From an uncultured virus (IMG/VR IMGVR_UViG_3300037517_002797) (Duplodnaviria; Heunggongvirae; Uroviricota; Caudoviricetes): 64,000 nt of DNA. The stretch is from the IMG/VR virus record IMGVR_UViG_3300037517_002797; one strand, given 5' to 3'. Position numbers and translations under genes: made by a program. Below, one piece after another: positions 9,400 through 18,710 of the stretch (positions are counted from its first letter, which is position 1; the number at the start of each line of letters is the position of its first letter). A model generated the notes under the pieces. It was not told the origin of the DNA and searched no databases. It saw nothing but the letters and a program-made list of their open reading frames with translations.

Positions 9400-10252
9400 T
9401 ATTGCCTCTGTTCTTTTCAATGGCCTTAAGCATTGCTTCTGCGTACCAACGCTCGTTAGGAGAAAGTCTGTTCAACAGCTTACCGTCTGACGTTGCTTGC
9501 AGTGCGATAAGCGCAGATGACTCAACCTCGCGCCATGTTCTTCCAGTAATTGAAGGAACCTCAGCAATATTGTTTGTTTTGCGAAGCGCGGCTGCAGCAT
9601 CGTAGTTTTCTTCGTAAATATGTAACGACCCGACATGATGCGAATATGAGCCAGGCTCGATGCCAAGAATAGACGCAATGGCGATTTGTACGCGAGTGAA
9701 CTGAAAGAAATCGTATGCCGCGCCGAGCCACACGTCATTTGATCGCATGTACACGCTCATGTTTAGGCGGTTCCTGCGAACACGAAACTGATGGAGGATC
9801 GTGCAAGGATAGTCACGCTTTTTCTCAAGCATGTCGCGCTCGGGGTTCCAAATAGTTACAACTGCTTGACGCGTGTCTGGATCTTTCTTGAGCCGATCAA
9901 CCATGACATCGTACTGACCTTTTGTTCTTGTTCCATACGAACCGTGGAACATTCCATCGTCTTCTGTATAGTTCGCAAATTGTGGGCCAATGTCAATTAC
10001 GAGTTTTGGAAAGCTAGTTCCAGAAAGAAGTTGACATGCTTCAACTGCGCCAATACCTGGAACAGTGCCACGGTTTACACTAAGTGGAAGCGCGTCTACA
10101 GCATTGTGGATATGGATTGTCGCGTCCTCAATTTCAAGTGTGTTTAGTCCACGCGGAGCAGCAGGCTCACCATGCTTAAGTACGTGATTTACAAGATCAA
10201 CATAGCCATTTACACCGTCTTCAATATCAATGTGTTTTACCGAAGAATCCAT
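9386..10252 (-). CDS. Thymidylate-synthase homolog with Asp at the specificity position (probable dCMP hydroxymethylase/methylase)
   Basis: DPDTRQA, catalytic YPCT, MRSNDVWLGAAYD, HHVGSLHIYE. Confidence 0.85.
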   Translation of the reverse strand: MDSSVKHIDIEDGVNGYVDLVNHVLKHGEPAAPRGLNTLEIEDATIHIHNAVDALPLSVNRGTVPGIGAVEACQLLSGTSFPKLVIDIGPQFANYTEDDGMFHGSYGTRTKGQYDVMVDRLKKDPDTRQAVVTIWNPERDMLEKKRDYPCTILHQFRVRRNRLNMSVYMRSNDVWLGAAYDFFQFTRVQIAIASILGIEPGSYSHHVGSLHIYEENYDAAAALRKTNNIAEVPSITGRTWREVESSALIALQATSDGKLLNRLSPNERWYAEAMLKAIEKNRGNNVKR

Positions 10253-11235
10253 TTATCTTCCTTATCTGCTCCAATGTGAATAAATCTTTCAATCGCGTTT
10301 CCGTACTCTACACGGTCGTGATGGTGAAACCTGCGAACGTACTGCGGGTGCGGAACTACGATCACGTCTTCGTCTGGAATTCCAAACATCTTTAAACGAA
10401 CAGCGGCCTTTCGACCAAGCGCAATAACTGTTGGGCTACCGAGAGCTTCCCAGAGATCCACGCACCTATCGCCAAACACATCATCTGAGTTTATGATTCC
10501 AATTTCTCGCCAAAGTGTCTTTGGCAGTGCTGACATTAGATAGTCACCAGAGTTCTTGTCAACAGGCATGAACGGAAGGATCGTCACGTCCTTGTGGTTG
10601 CGATTATCGCCAACAAGAAGCGCTGTCGGCGCAGGTGCGCCAATGTATTCTGGAAACGGAACAAGATGCTTTACACTTTTGGCGACTTCTTCTGCTGTTT
10701 CAATGATACGAGCTGCCAGTCTTGGAATATCGTCAAAGCTGTCTGGTTTTGGCGTAATCATTGCCTCAAGAGTATGGACTGAAAGAGCTGCTTTTTCATA
10801 AAGCTTTAGAATTACTTCAAGATCTTCTTCTGACACAAAGTCATCGCCACGGCCGCGCAGACGAGACTGAATTACATCAAGCGGTTGGTAAAGCCAAAAC
10901 TGCGCCATTCCACGTGACGCCATGAACATCTCAACCCATCGCCACCCAGGAATACCTAAAAGGCCATAGTCATCTTCTATACACGTGTGAGGGCGCTTTA
11001 GAGGGGCGTATGTGACCTCGCCCCAGTGCCATCGGTCAGCAACAACGTGCTCTTCTGTAAAGTTGCGGCGCTCAATATCAATTGCGTATTCGTGAAGTGC
11101 CCACCTGCGAGTTTCCTCTGCTGGTCGCCCTTTGTGTGGAGTCTCCACTGGACCGCGCTCTTTGAGTTGGCGGACAACTTCAGCGCAGAGAGAAGTTTTT
11201 CCTGATGCGTCGGTTCCTTCAATTGCTATAAACAT
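10237..11235 (-). CDS. dNMP (thymidylate-like) kinase fused to a uracil-DNA-glycosylase-like domain
   Basis: P-loop IEGTDASGKT, DRWHWGE; C-terminal LLVGD..PF..SG..L..VIALG..A..VPHP UDG pattern; start moved to MFIAIEG (AAAGGA RBS). Confidence 0.75.
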   Translation of the reverse strand: MFIAIEGTDASGKTSLCAEVVRQLKERGPVETPHKGRPAEETRRWALHEYAIDIERRNFTEEHVVADRWHWGEVTYAPLKRPHTCIEDDYGLLGIPGWRWVEMFMASRGMAQFWLYQPLDVIQSRLRGRGDDFVSEEDLEVILKLYEKAALSVHTLEAMITPKPDSFDDIPRLAARIIETAEEVAKSVKHLVPFPEYIGAPAPTALLVGDNRNHKDVTILPFMPVDKNSGDYLMSALPKTLWREIGIINSDDVFGDRCVDLWEALGSPTVIALGRKAAVRLKMFGIPDEDVIVVPHPQYVRRFHHHDRVEYGNAIERFIHIGADKEDKWILR

Positions 11236-11285
11236 TTGCGTCCTTTGTCGTTTGATGATCAACTATATCAATAAGTATTGCTCAA

Positions 11286-11756
11286 TTACGGGATCATCTC
11301 GATTTTATAGATTGATTCAATTCCAGCGTCAACAGCTGCAGCTTCTTCAAGAAGTCGTTGCGCGACATTAGTTAAATACCTTGCGCCAGCATTGTCATAC
11401 TTGTATAGCGCTTCAAGTACAGCGCCTGGATCTTCACTAACCTGTGCCCAATAGCGATCTTTTTCTGGAAAAACTAGCCCTGCTTCAACAGATGGGCCAC
11501 AGTCTGGACACGGAACTGCGTCGTTTTTAAGTAGCTCAGGTGCGATTTCTTGAAGACCGTAGCGCTTTACAAGATGGCATGCTGCGCCATGAAATGTAAC
11601 TGACACACCGACACGAGAAAGAACATATGAGCCGCTTTCTGTCTTATAGAGTTCAAACTCAATCCAACGAGTTGAGCCAGATTTCCAAGACGACGATGCG
11701 CCTAGAAGATTGCCGTTAAATTGAAGTGTTCGCGATCCATCTTTTACTTGTATCAT
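11286..11756 (-). CDS. Hypothetical protein with CxxC
   Basis: 156-aa ORF co-oriented with neighbours; CPDC motif. Confidence 0.6.
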   Translation of the reverse strand: MIQVKDGSRTLQFNGNLLGASSSWKSGSTRWIEFELYKTESGSYVLSRVGVSVTFHGAACHLVKRYGLQEIAPELLKNDAVPCPDCGPSVEAGLVFPEKDRYWAQVSEDPGAVLEALYKYDNAGARYLTNVAQRLLEEAAAVDAGIESIYKIEMIP

Positions 11757-11834
11757 TTGGGGTCTTTTCTGTATCGTTGTGTGCTTATATAGACGCTATC
11801 AAAGCTTATGAGCCGTAATGGTTACTTACGGCAG

Positions 11835-12776
11835 CTAACAAACCACGTTCTGTAGACTTTCTTTGTAGTTGAATCCTAGGTTTTCAATGTACTTGTCATA
11901 CATCTCGTGGTCTTTTGCTCCGTAATAGCCAAACTCGTTTCCCATGAGTATTTCTTTGAAGAACAGCCTATGAGAATGCGATAAAGGCGCCAATGCACCG
12001 AACTTCTTAGATTCCGTAACAAAGTCAATTTCAACTGATTCTAGGTACTCGGGAGTTTTATGAAGTGTGTAGGAAACGTTGTTATGTATTGAGAAGATAC
12101 GAAATCCGCGGGTCCAAGCTCGCATCGGGTACACATATTCTTCCCCAAAGAATATCAGTCTTGGGTCAGGCATAACTTCAAAAAAGTAATCGTAGGTTGA
12201 GAATACTTCCCCAGCGGCGATAAGAAAATGTTCAACATAGTTCTTACTCGGATCTGGGTCTACTGCTGGGCTGTTGATGATGTATGAACTATCAAAACGA
12301 GTAAGCAACTCTCGCTGAATATCTACTCCATGGCGATAGTCGTACCTTTTTGTTTGAAATGTCTTTTCGCCGTTTTTGCCTTTTTCGTAAGTGCTTGGCC
12401 TATGTGAAATTATGATCTTATTGTGCTCGGTTTCTTTTTCTATTTTTTCGTAGTTCTCTTTAAGCAGGGTGTCCCAGTTTTTTACGAAAACAGTATGAGC
12501 ATCTACTCGTAAAACATAGTATTGATCTTTCCATAGATACAGGGCTTCAAGCATGGCGATACCCAAACCTCGTGGAGACGGCGACGTAATGTTTGAAACT
12601 GCGACATTTTCAAACATTGAGAAGTCTTCAAAACTTCCATATATTTTTTGATTACAAACGCCAATAAAAACATTAGAAGGCGAACTCGCATTCTCAAACG
12701 CACTTATCACAGTGTCCATGAGATCAGGCTCATGGAACGACGGAAGCATTATAAATACGTCGTCATTTCGCTTCAT
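11835..12776 (-). CDS. GT-A glycosyltransferase, Skp1-hydroxyproline GlcNAc-transferase (Gnt1)-like
   Basis: VFIMLPSFHEPDL..T, VFIGVCNQ, YVLRVDAHT.F..NWD..L, DP...FFGEE...RAWTRG. Confidence 0.75.
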   Translation of the reverse strand: MKRNDDVFIMLPSFHEPDLMDTVISAFENASSPSNVFIGVCNQKIYGSFEDFSMFENVAVSNITSPSPRGLGIAMLEALYLWKDQYYVLRVDAHTVFVKNWDTLLKENYEKIEKETEHNKIIISHRPSTYEKGKNGEKTFQTKRYDYRHGVDIQRELLTRFDSSYIINSPAVDPDPSKNYVEHFLIAAGEVFSTYDYFFEVMPDPRLIFFGEEYVYPMRAWTRGFRIFSIHNNVSYTLHKTPEYLESVEIDFVTESKKFGALAPLSHSHRLFFKEILMGNEFGYYGAKDHEMYDKYIENLGFNYKESLQNVVC

Positions 12777-12817
12777 ATGAGTACCGCTCTACGACTGCTA
12801 ATCAGCAACAAGTCAAG

Positions 12818-12979
12818 TTACTTTTGCGCTGTCAGCTGATCTTGAAGCGATTTAATGACAGATTTCAATATTGCGTTGTCCCTGGCGTAGTTTGCAACCT
12901 GCAAACTAAGCTCATTTATTACAACACCGTAGTCAATTTCAGAGACTGCCACAACCTGTGGCGTGATTTTTTCATTCAT
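12818..12979 (-). CDS. Small coiled-coil protein (53 aa)
   Basis: GGAG RBS before MNEKITP; heptad pattern. Confidence 0.55.
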   Translation of the reverse strand: MNEKITPQVVAVSEIDYGVVINELSLQVANYARDNAILKSVIKSLQDQLTAQK

Positions 12980-12981
12980 TG

Positions 12982-14352
12982 TTACACTCCATTTGTCGTT
13001 CCTCCTGCGTAGTTGTACCATCTAACAGCAGCGTAGCGTATTCCGCTAGCAACTGGTTTGACACTGTGCATATTTTCAAAGCCTGCGCCAAACACTACAA
13101 TTTTGCCTGCGCCTCTTGAAACTTTTATTTTCTTGTGCTTAAACACTAGATCTCCGCCAGTGTAGCTATCATTAAGAAGTATTGAAACAGCCACTACTCT
13201 TGGAAACTCTATGCAGTCGTCAACATGATCATGAAAAGCGCCGTCTCGCTCGTACCTTGTGAGCTGCCAATTATGTGATTGAAGCTCTGGTATGCTATAC
13301 ATTTTTCTAAAGTCTTCAATAATTGGAGCAATACCAACTTCAAGGCTTTCGTACAGTCTGCGGATTGGATCGTGCACATGACACGAAAGCTGCGTGCTAT
13401 TTATGAACTTGACATAGCATGTTCTCGCTAGGTAGTTCACGGCTGGTTCTCTTTCATTGTCCAGTACCTGGGCCGGCGCCCAAAGCTTAAAGCACGCGTT
13501 CTGCGTAAGTCCTTTTAGAACTTGAGCTGACTCCCGCGAGATTTGATATTCAACTATTCCAGGCGCCAGCACTTTCTTATCAACGACAGACATATCAACT
13601 AGCTCGATTTCATCGTCAATGTAGTTTCCAAGAATGTTGTCGTACAAAGACAAGACTCCAGCGTAGTTGTGGCACGCGCATACTGGCTGATTTACTGGCG
13701 CATCTGGCATTGGAATGTAGCGATTTCTATTGAAAAATCTAATGTCTCCATCGCTCCCATATCGCCCGATGCCGTGTTCTTTTGATTTCTTTTGTATCCA
13801 GTGATCAGGCCTTGTAAAGTGCATGAACACTACAGTAGTGTGCACGTCGGTTCGTCTAGACGGAAACGGGGGTCTAGCATGAATATGCTGTTGTCCAGCA
13901 AAGATGATTCCTTCATTTTCATTTTGCTCATATTGGTTTCCTTCAACAAGCAAATTCCATTTTGCGGTATTTTCAATTGTAAGATCAATAGTCGTCTGTG
14001 TTCCGTTTTGATCAGTGTGCTCCCAAAGATGTGGAATACAGCCATCAACTGATTGGTACCTAACCGCGTAAAAGTAGGCTTTTAGAAGCGTGTCATCATT
14101 AAACAGTTCTCTTGCTTTAGCCAGCGCGTAGTCTTCAATGTCTTTTGAAAAACCTACAGGAGACTCCCAGCGCCCGATCATGGTGTGGTATTTAAGCGGG
14201 CCGTCAGGTCCCATTTTTAAGTTGTCTACTGTTTGTTTTATACGAGAAAACATCTCGTCTGGAAAGAATGACTTGATGACTACTGGTTCGCTAATTAGCG
14301 GATCTGGTAGTTCAAATTCAATCTTTCCATTTCTCATATCACCACTTACCAA
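12982..14352 (-). CDS. Tandem double 2OG-Fe(II) oxygenase, prolyl-4-hydroxylase-like
   Basis: Domain 1: HTD...H.R; domain 2: Y...G.FHDHVD, YTGGDL.F, MHSVKPV.SGIRY. Confidence 0.8.
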   Translation of the reverse strand: MVSGDMRNGKIEFELPDPLISEPVVIKSFFPDEMFSRIKQTVDNLKMGPDGPLKYHTMIGRWESPVGFSKDIEDYALAKARELFNDDTLLKAYFYAVRYQSVDGCIPHLWEHTDQNGTQTTIDLTIENTAKWNLLVEGNQYEQNENEGIIFAGQQHIHARPPFPSRRTDVHTTVVFMHFTRPDHWIQKKSKEHGIGRYGSDGDIRFFNRNRYIPMPDAPVNQPVCACHNYAGVLSLYDNILGNYIDDEIELVDMSVVDKKVLAPGIVEYQISRESAQVLKGLTQNACFKLWAPAQVLDNEREPAVNYLARTCYVKFINSTQLSCHVHDPIRRLYESLEVGIAPIIEDFRKMYSIPELQSHNWQLTRYERDGAFHDHVDDCIEFPRVVAVSILLNDSYTGGDLVFKHKKIKVSRGAGKIVVFGAGFENMHSVKPVASGIRYAAVRWYNYAGGTTNGV

Positions 14353-14575
14353 GAGGGCATTTTGCGTTTAGCAACCGTGTCTTCATGTTCATAAAGCACC
14401 CGCATTCGAGACACTGCTTTGTTAAATGTAGAAATCGCTCACAGCCGTTGCAGACCGAAAGCCTTGAACTTGACAGCTCTTCATTTGCTCTTGGAGCATG
14501 TGGATTTATTAGATCAAGTGGAGTTACTCCACCGTTCTTTTCCTTAAACTTCTCCCAGCGAGACTTATCACTCAT
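14339..14575 (-). CDS. Small Cys-rich protein (DUF6171-like)
   Basis: R..C..C...C..CGCFM..K......CP.GKW. Confidence 0.7.
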   Translation of the reverse strand: MSDKSRWEKFKEKNGGVTPLDLINPHAPRANEELSSSRLSVCNGCERFLHLTKQCLECGCFMNMKTRLLNAKCPLGKW

Positions 14576-15008
14576 CTGTTCCTACTACAACATTTCCCAT
14601 TCCATCAATACGACGCTCAACGCCGCCGACAGTCTGCATTATGTAGAAACCTTTTTCATCATGCTTCCAGCCAGCCGCAACTTGAAGGCTTTTATCACGC
14701 GTTATTCTAATTGCAGTCGGCTCACTCAGCAGAACAGAAGTTAGAAGCTCGTCAAGGATCATGTCAGTTGAAGTGTCGCCAACCGTGGCTGTAATCACTT
14801 CAACTTGCTCTCCATTGATCTCTTCCATTCGCGCCGTGTACGCCGGGTTTGCTAAGAAGATGTTGTCTCCGATTGGCGGTGAAAAAGCTTCGGCAGCTAC
14901 AACTTCTCCGTTGATCACAAAAGCAACAGGAGTTGCTGGTCTGTCAGTTGTAGTTGAGTCTCCATCGCGCTCTTGTAAGTAAAAAATGTCTGTTGCTGTA
15001 AGTATCAT
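14568..15008 (-). CDS. Hypothetical tail-fibre-associated protein
   Basis: 146-aa ORF right after the tail fibre; VAFVINGEV and GWKHD..GF patterns. Confidence 0.55.
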   Translation of the reverse strand: MILTATDIFYLQERDGDSTTTDRPATPVAFVINGEVVAAEAFSPPIGDNIFLANPAYTARMEEINGEQVEVITATVGDTSTDMILDELLTSVLLSEPTAIRITRDKSLQVAAGWKHDEKGFYIMQTVGGVERRIDGMGNVVVGTDE

Positions 15009-15056
15009 GAGTATACCTTATCATTTTAGATTAGTGAAATGTTGACCAAAGCACGA

Positions 15057-16685
15057 CTAGCACACACCACCAGATGCGTTGCTTGCACCGCACTGTCCAG
15101 GGAAGCTACATCCAGCGAATCCAATGTCACCTGGGTTACACGTTCTGCCTGATGGTGGCGGTGTTACTGGTGGAGTTACTGGTGGAGTTACTGGTGGAGT
15201 TACTGGTGGAACTACTGGTGGAACTACTGGTGGAACTACTGGTGGAACTACTGGTGGTGTAACTGGTCCTGCAGGCGAAGTACATGTGCCGCCTGAAGCG
15301 GCTGGATCAACGCACTGGCCAGGTGCCGAGCAACCGAAGAATCCAACGTCGCCTGGGTTGCAGAACTTATTTGAAGGAACAACTGGTGCTGTAACTGGAG
15401 CGGTAACTGGAGCAGTAACTGGAGCGGTAACTGGAGCAGTAACTGGAGCAGTCACAGGAGGTGATGCTGGTGAAGTGCACGTGCCGCCTGAAGCGGCTGG
15501 ATCAACGCAGTCACCAGGTGCCGAGCAACCGAAGAATCCAACGTCGCCTGGGTTGCAGAACTTGAGCGTCGGAGCAACTGGTGCTGTAACTGGTGCTGTA
15601 ACTGGAGCGGTAACTGGAGCGGTAACTGGAGGAGTAGGCGTGCATGTGCCGCCTGAAGCAGTTGTTGAGACGCAGTCACCAGGCGCGTAGCACCCGTGGA
15701 AGCCGATGTCTCCTGGGTTACAGAATTTGTAGACTACAGCAACAGGAGATACAGGAGCAACAGGTGACACAGGGGCAACACCACAACTCTGAATGCAGTA
15801 CGAGTCTGTAGTACCGTTGCTGTAGAGAATATTGCAATAGAGATTTGATCCGTCGTAGTTAAGTGAGTACGTGTTCGTGTCGTTTTGCGCATCATAGCGT
15901 ATTCCAGTTGGAAGAAGCTCTGTCTGATTGTTTGCTTCGTTATACGAGACAACTCCATCGTAGGTAAATGCGGTGACGTTTCCTGGCCAGTTGCCGCCTC
16001 CTCCTGGCAGCGGGCCAGAAGGACCATTGACGAGCATTCCTGCGATTGCGCCTGTCCAGCCAGCGTCCCCGAGGTTGCCAATGTACATGTTTCCTAGGAA
16101 TGTTCCACCAGTAAACAACGTGTCGCCGACAATTGTCCAACCAGCAATTGAACTACCTTCACCGCCAAATCCTTGACCAATTTGAATGTCAATACCTGTC
16201 AAAGTTCCTACGGTAATGTTTCCAGCGTCAAGGTTTGACACTGTAATAACACTTGCGTCAATCGTTCCTGCTGTAATCTTATTTGCGCTTACAGACGCAA
16301 TGGCGTTGTCGCCAAGCGCGTTGGCCTGCCACACTGTACCTGTCCAGCGATAAATCTTATTTCCGTTGTCTGTTTCAAACCAAATGTCGCCTACAGCGGT
16401 CGCTGTCGGCTCATCGGCCTGGTGGAACGCTTTATTTTTGCCGTCTGCAGTCGTAATTGCGTAGGCAATGTTAGAACTTACTGTATTGCTAAGATTGTTT
16501 TCTTGTACAGCATTATTTGCCAATTCGTAGTTTGTTACCGCCTGCCTAACGATTGCCGTTGTTGGAACAGAGCGAACTTGCAATTGCGTAGGGACAGCAC
16601 GCTTTTGAACAGTGCGCAGCCTTGAGTCCATATGCGTAATCATTCGGCCAACGCTTCGAAGGCTTCTACGACGAATGCTAGCCAC
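15057..16685 (-). CDS. Tail fibre/tip protein with C-terminal Cys-rich repeats and Pro/Thr/Val linkers
   Basis: ADGKN...P....GDIWF.T..GN..YRW.G..W, SANKITAGTIDAS tail motif; position after minor tail genes. Confidence 0.7.
   Translation of the reverse strand: MASIRRRSLRSVGRMITHMDSRLRTVQKRAVPTQLQVRSVPTTAIVRQAVTNYELANNAVQENNLSNTVSSNIAYAITTADGKNKAFHQADEPTATAVGDIWFETDNGNKIYRWTGTVWQANALGDNAIASVSANKITAGTIDASVITVSNLDAGNITVGTLTGIDIQIGQGFGGEGSSIAGWTIVGDTLFTGGTFLGNMYIGNLGDAGWTGAIAGMLVNGPSGPLPGGGGNWPGNVTAFTYDGVVSYNEANNQTELLPTGIRYDAQNDTNTYSLNYDGSNLYCNILYSNGTTDSYCIQSCGVAPVSPVAPVSPVAVVYKFCNPGDIGFHGCYAPGDCVSTTASGGTCTPTPPVTAPVTAPVTAPVTAPVAPTLKFCNPGDVGFFGCSAPGDCVDPAASGGTCTSPASPPVTAPVTAPVTAPVTAPVTAPVTAPVVPSNKFCNPGDVGFFGCSAPGQCVDPAASGGTCTSPAGPVTPPVVPPVVPPVVPPVVPPVTPPVTPPVTPPVTPPPSGRTCNPGDIGFAGCSFPGQCGASNASGGVC
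15060..15790 (-). repeat. Four ~28-aa Cys4 repeats separated by 12-bp tandem repeats encoding (PVTA)n, (PVVP)n, (PVTP)n
   Basis: Tandem GTAACTGGAGCA/G and ACTGGTGGAGTT/ACT units visible in the DNA. Confidence 0.9.
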
Positions 16686-18684
16686 GTTTATCTACTTCGT
16701 ACTCTGAGATCAAGTTGAGGTCAACTTTTTCTGGAAACGTTGGAACATCTGGCACAGAAACAGTAAATGAGTCAATCTTACGGACAATGACAGTGTCGCG
16801 CGGTTCAAGATCACTCGCTAGACGTGCGCGAAAAAACTCGTCGTTAACATTCAATGCGCACCAATCGCCTGGATCATACTCGCCTACTTTTGGAGAAAGA
16901 GATCCGTTTACACTAACTTTAATGTCAGCAATTGGTGGTCTAAACTCATCTAGGTACCGCTTGGCGTATTGATATATGGTTGCCTCACTGGCCGCATCAA
17001 CAAACCTTACGTTGTCAGATAGCGTAGGTGTTTGCTGGTCAAGCGCGTCGTCAGCGTCGAGTAGCGGCCAACCTGCTTCTAAAAGATCATGCGCAACTGC
17101 TGCTGCGTACGGCTGACTTACGTCTTGTCCCAAGTCTCCAGTGTTGCCAACAACAAAAAATCTAGTTGCTGCGTTTTCAGCAGACTCGTCTACACTAATG
17201 TCAATGATGCTTCCCGGGTAATCAAACACGAGTTGATCGGCGCCGAACCTGCTAATCGGCGAGACCTCACCCGGAGCAGGAGGGTCTGGAAAGTTTATTG
17301 AAATCAAGACAAGTGTTCTTGTAAATGAGTCTGTGGCAGCATCATAGGCGCAGTCAATACGGTACTCAAAGCCGTCAATTGTGTCTGAGTACTTATCGAG
17401 TTCTTCACCAACTGAAGCAAGCTCATATCCGCGGTACGTTCTATTTTGAACATTACTTCCGCTGTATGCTGCAGTTGAGTATCCTATTCCAATATCAGCG
17501 TTTGCCGGATACGGGCCGTACGTGTTTGCGTAAACATACGGTGTCTTTGTCGCAGTGCCAGAGCTTGCCTGCGGAAGTATGTCCGTGACAGCGAACGAAG
17601 TAAATGTAAATGATGTTGACGATGGCACGGTGACAACTGTATGAAGACCGTCAAACACAAGAATTGTTGAGTTCGCATCGTCAACTCCAGACACTTCAAC
17701 AGTGTCTCCGACAGAAAACCCGTGTGAAGTTGATGTAGTTATCGTCGCAACAGACGCTATTAGTTGCTTGTTTGAAATTGACACAACCGTTGGCGTGGCA
17801 GCAGCAAGTGCCTGATTTGCTGAAACAAGGTCAAAAGTAAATGTAGATAGGTTTGGAGTACTTGTCACTTCATGATCTCCGTTGTACGGAGCGACACTAT
17901 TTACAATCTGCACTAGTTGACCTGGAAGCAGAGTATGGTCATGCTGCGCAACAATTGTTGCGACATTTGATGTTAGTTGCGTTGTAGATATTTCAATTGC
18001 AGTTGAAAGCCCAGGCTCAATTTCATCATTTGGAAAATCTATGTTTGTGAAGTCAATTGCCATCGTGTCGAGTAGCTGACGAATATAGTCGTAGGTGTCA
18101 ACACGAACGTAGACAGTTGCATTCAAATATGTGCCGTTTGGAAGAGTCGGTATAGACACGGTGCAGCTTGTTGCGCTTGGTGCCGTAAGAACTGTGTAGT
18201 ACCCGTTGTACTGAAACTCGCCTACTTCATAGAAAATAATTTGGATTGTGGATCCGATTGGAAAATCAAATGAGTACAGGTCAAGAGAAACTGTAGTTGT
18301 TCCAGAAGCTTTAGTAATAGTTGCACCAAAACTGTGCGAGTACGTTTTCCATATATTTCTATGGTAGAAGTAGCTTGTAAACTCTGCTCCAGAAACCTGC
18401 AGCACACGAGATTCAACTGAATACGAGCGCGACCAAATAATTCCACCCCATACGCACTGCCCGTCGCGAACAACGTACAGCCCAGTTTTTCCAGGCATCG
18501 TGCTTGAGTACAAGTCAAACGACACGGTTTCTGGAATGTAAGGAATTGATCCAGAGAACTTTCCAGCGCCTTTGATTGCACGCTCGTATTGAACTGACTT
18601 AAACGGAATTTCCCCGATGACCTGATTAGACAGCAGGTCAGTTACGAAGTATCTGTATATCGGTGCGTATTCTGTTATTGACAT
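16678..18684 (-). CDS. Minor tail protein (ReqiPepy6 gp37-like/Tal-type) with three inserted beta modules
   Basis: YVVRDGQCVWGGIIW, FDYPG.I, GWPLLD, GEYDPGDW; located after Dit. Confidence 0.7.
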   Translation of the reverse strand: MSITEYAPIYRYFVTDLLSNQVIGEIPFKSVQYERAIKGAGKFSGSIPYIPETVSFDLYSSTMPGKTGLYVVRDGQCVWGGIIWSRSYSVESRVLQVSGAEFTSYFYHRNIWKTYSHSFGATITKASGTTTVSLDLYSFDFPIGSTIQIIFYEVGEFQYNGYYTVLTAPSATSCTVSIPTLPNGTYLNATVYVRVDTYDYIRQLLDTMAIDFTNIDFPNDEIEPGLSTAIEISTTQLTSNVATIVAQHDHTLLPGQLVQIVNSVAPYNGDHEVTSTPNLSTFTFDLVSANQALAAATPTVVSISNKQLIASVATITTSTSHGFSVGDTVEVSGVDDANSTILVFDGLHTVVTVPSSTSFTFTSFAVTDILPQASSGTATKTPYVYANTYGPYPANADIGIGYSTAAYSGSNVQNRTYRGYELASVGEELDKYSDTIDGFEYRIDCAYDAATDSFTRTLVLISINFPDPPAPGEVSPISRFGADQLVFDYPGSIIDISVDESAENAATRFFVVGNTGDLGQDVSQPYAAAVAHDLLEAGWPLLDADDALDQQTPTLSDNVRFVDAASEATIYQYAKRYLDEFRPPIADIKVSVNGSLSPKVGEYDPGDWCALNVNDEFFRARLASDLEPRDTVIVRKIDSFTVSVPDVPTFPEKVDLNLISEYEVDKRG

Positions 18685-18710
18685 GTGTGATCCGTCCTTA
18701 GGCTAGTAAA

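Noticed and set aside
11835..14352. 2OG oxygenase plus GT as a TET/JBP-type DNA modification pair
   Set aside because: Motifs fit prolyl-hydroxylase-like and Gnt1-like families and the genes follow the tail fibre; not fully excluded without assays
15079..15690. 203-aa plus-strand Gly/Thr-rich ORF
   Set aside because: Antisense shadow of the Pro-rich repeats, which lack stops on the opposite strand
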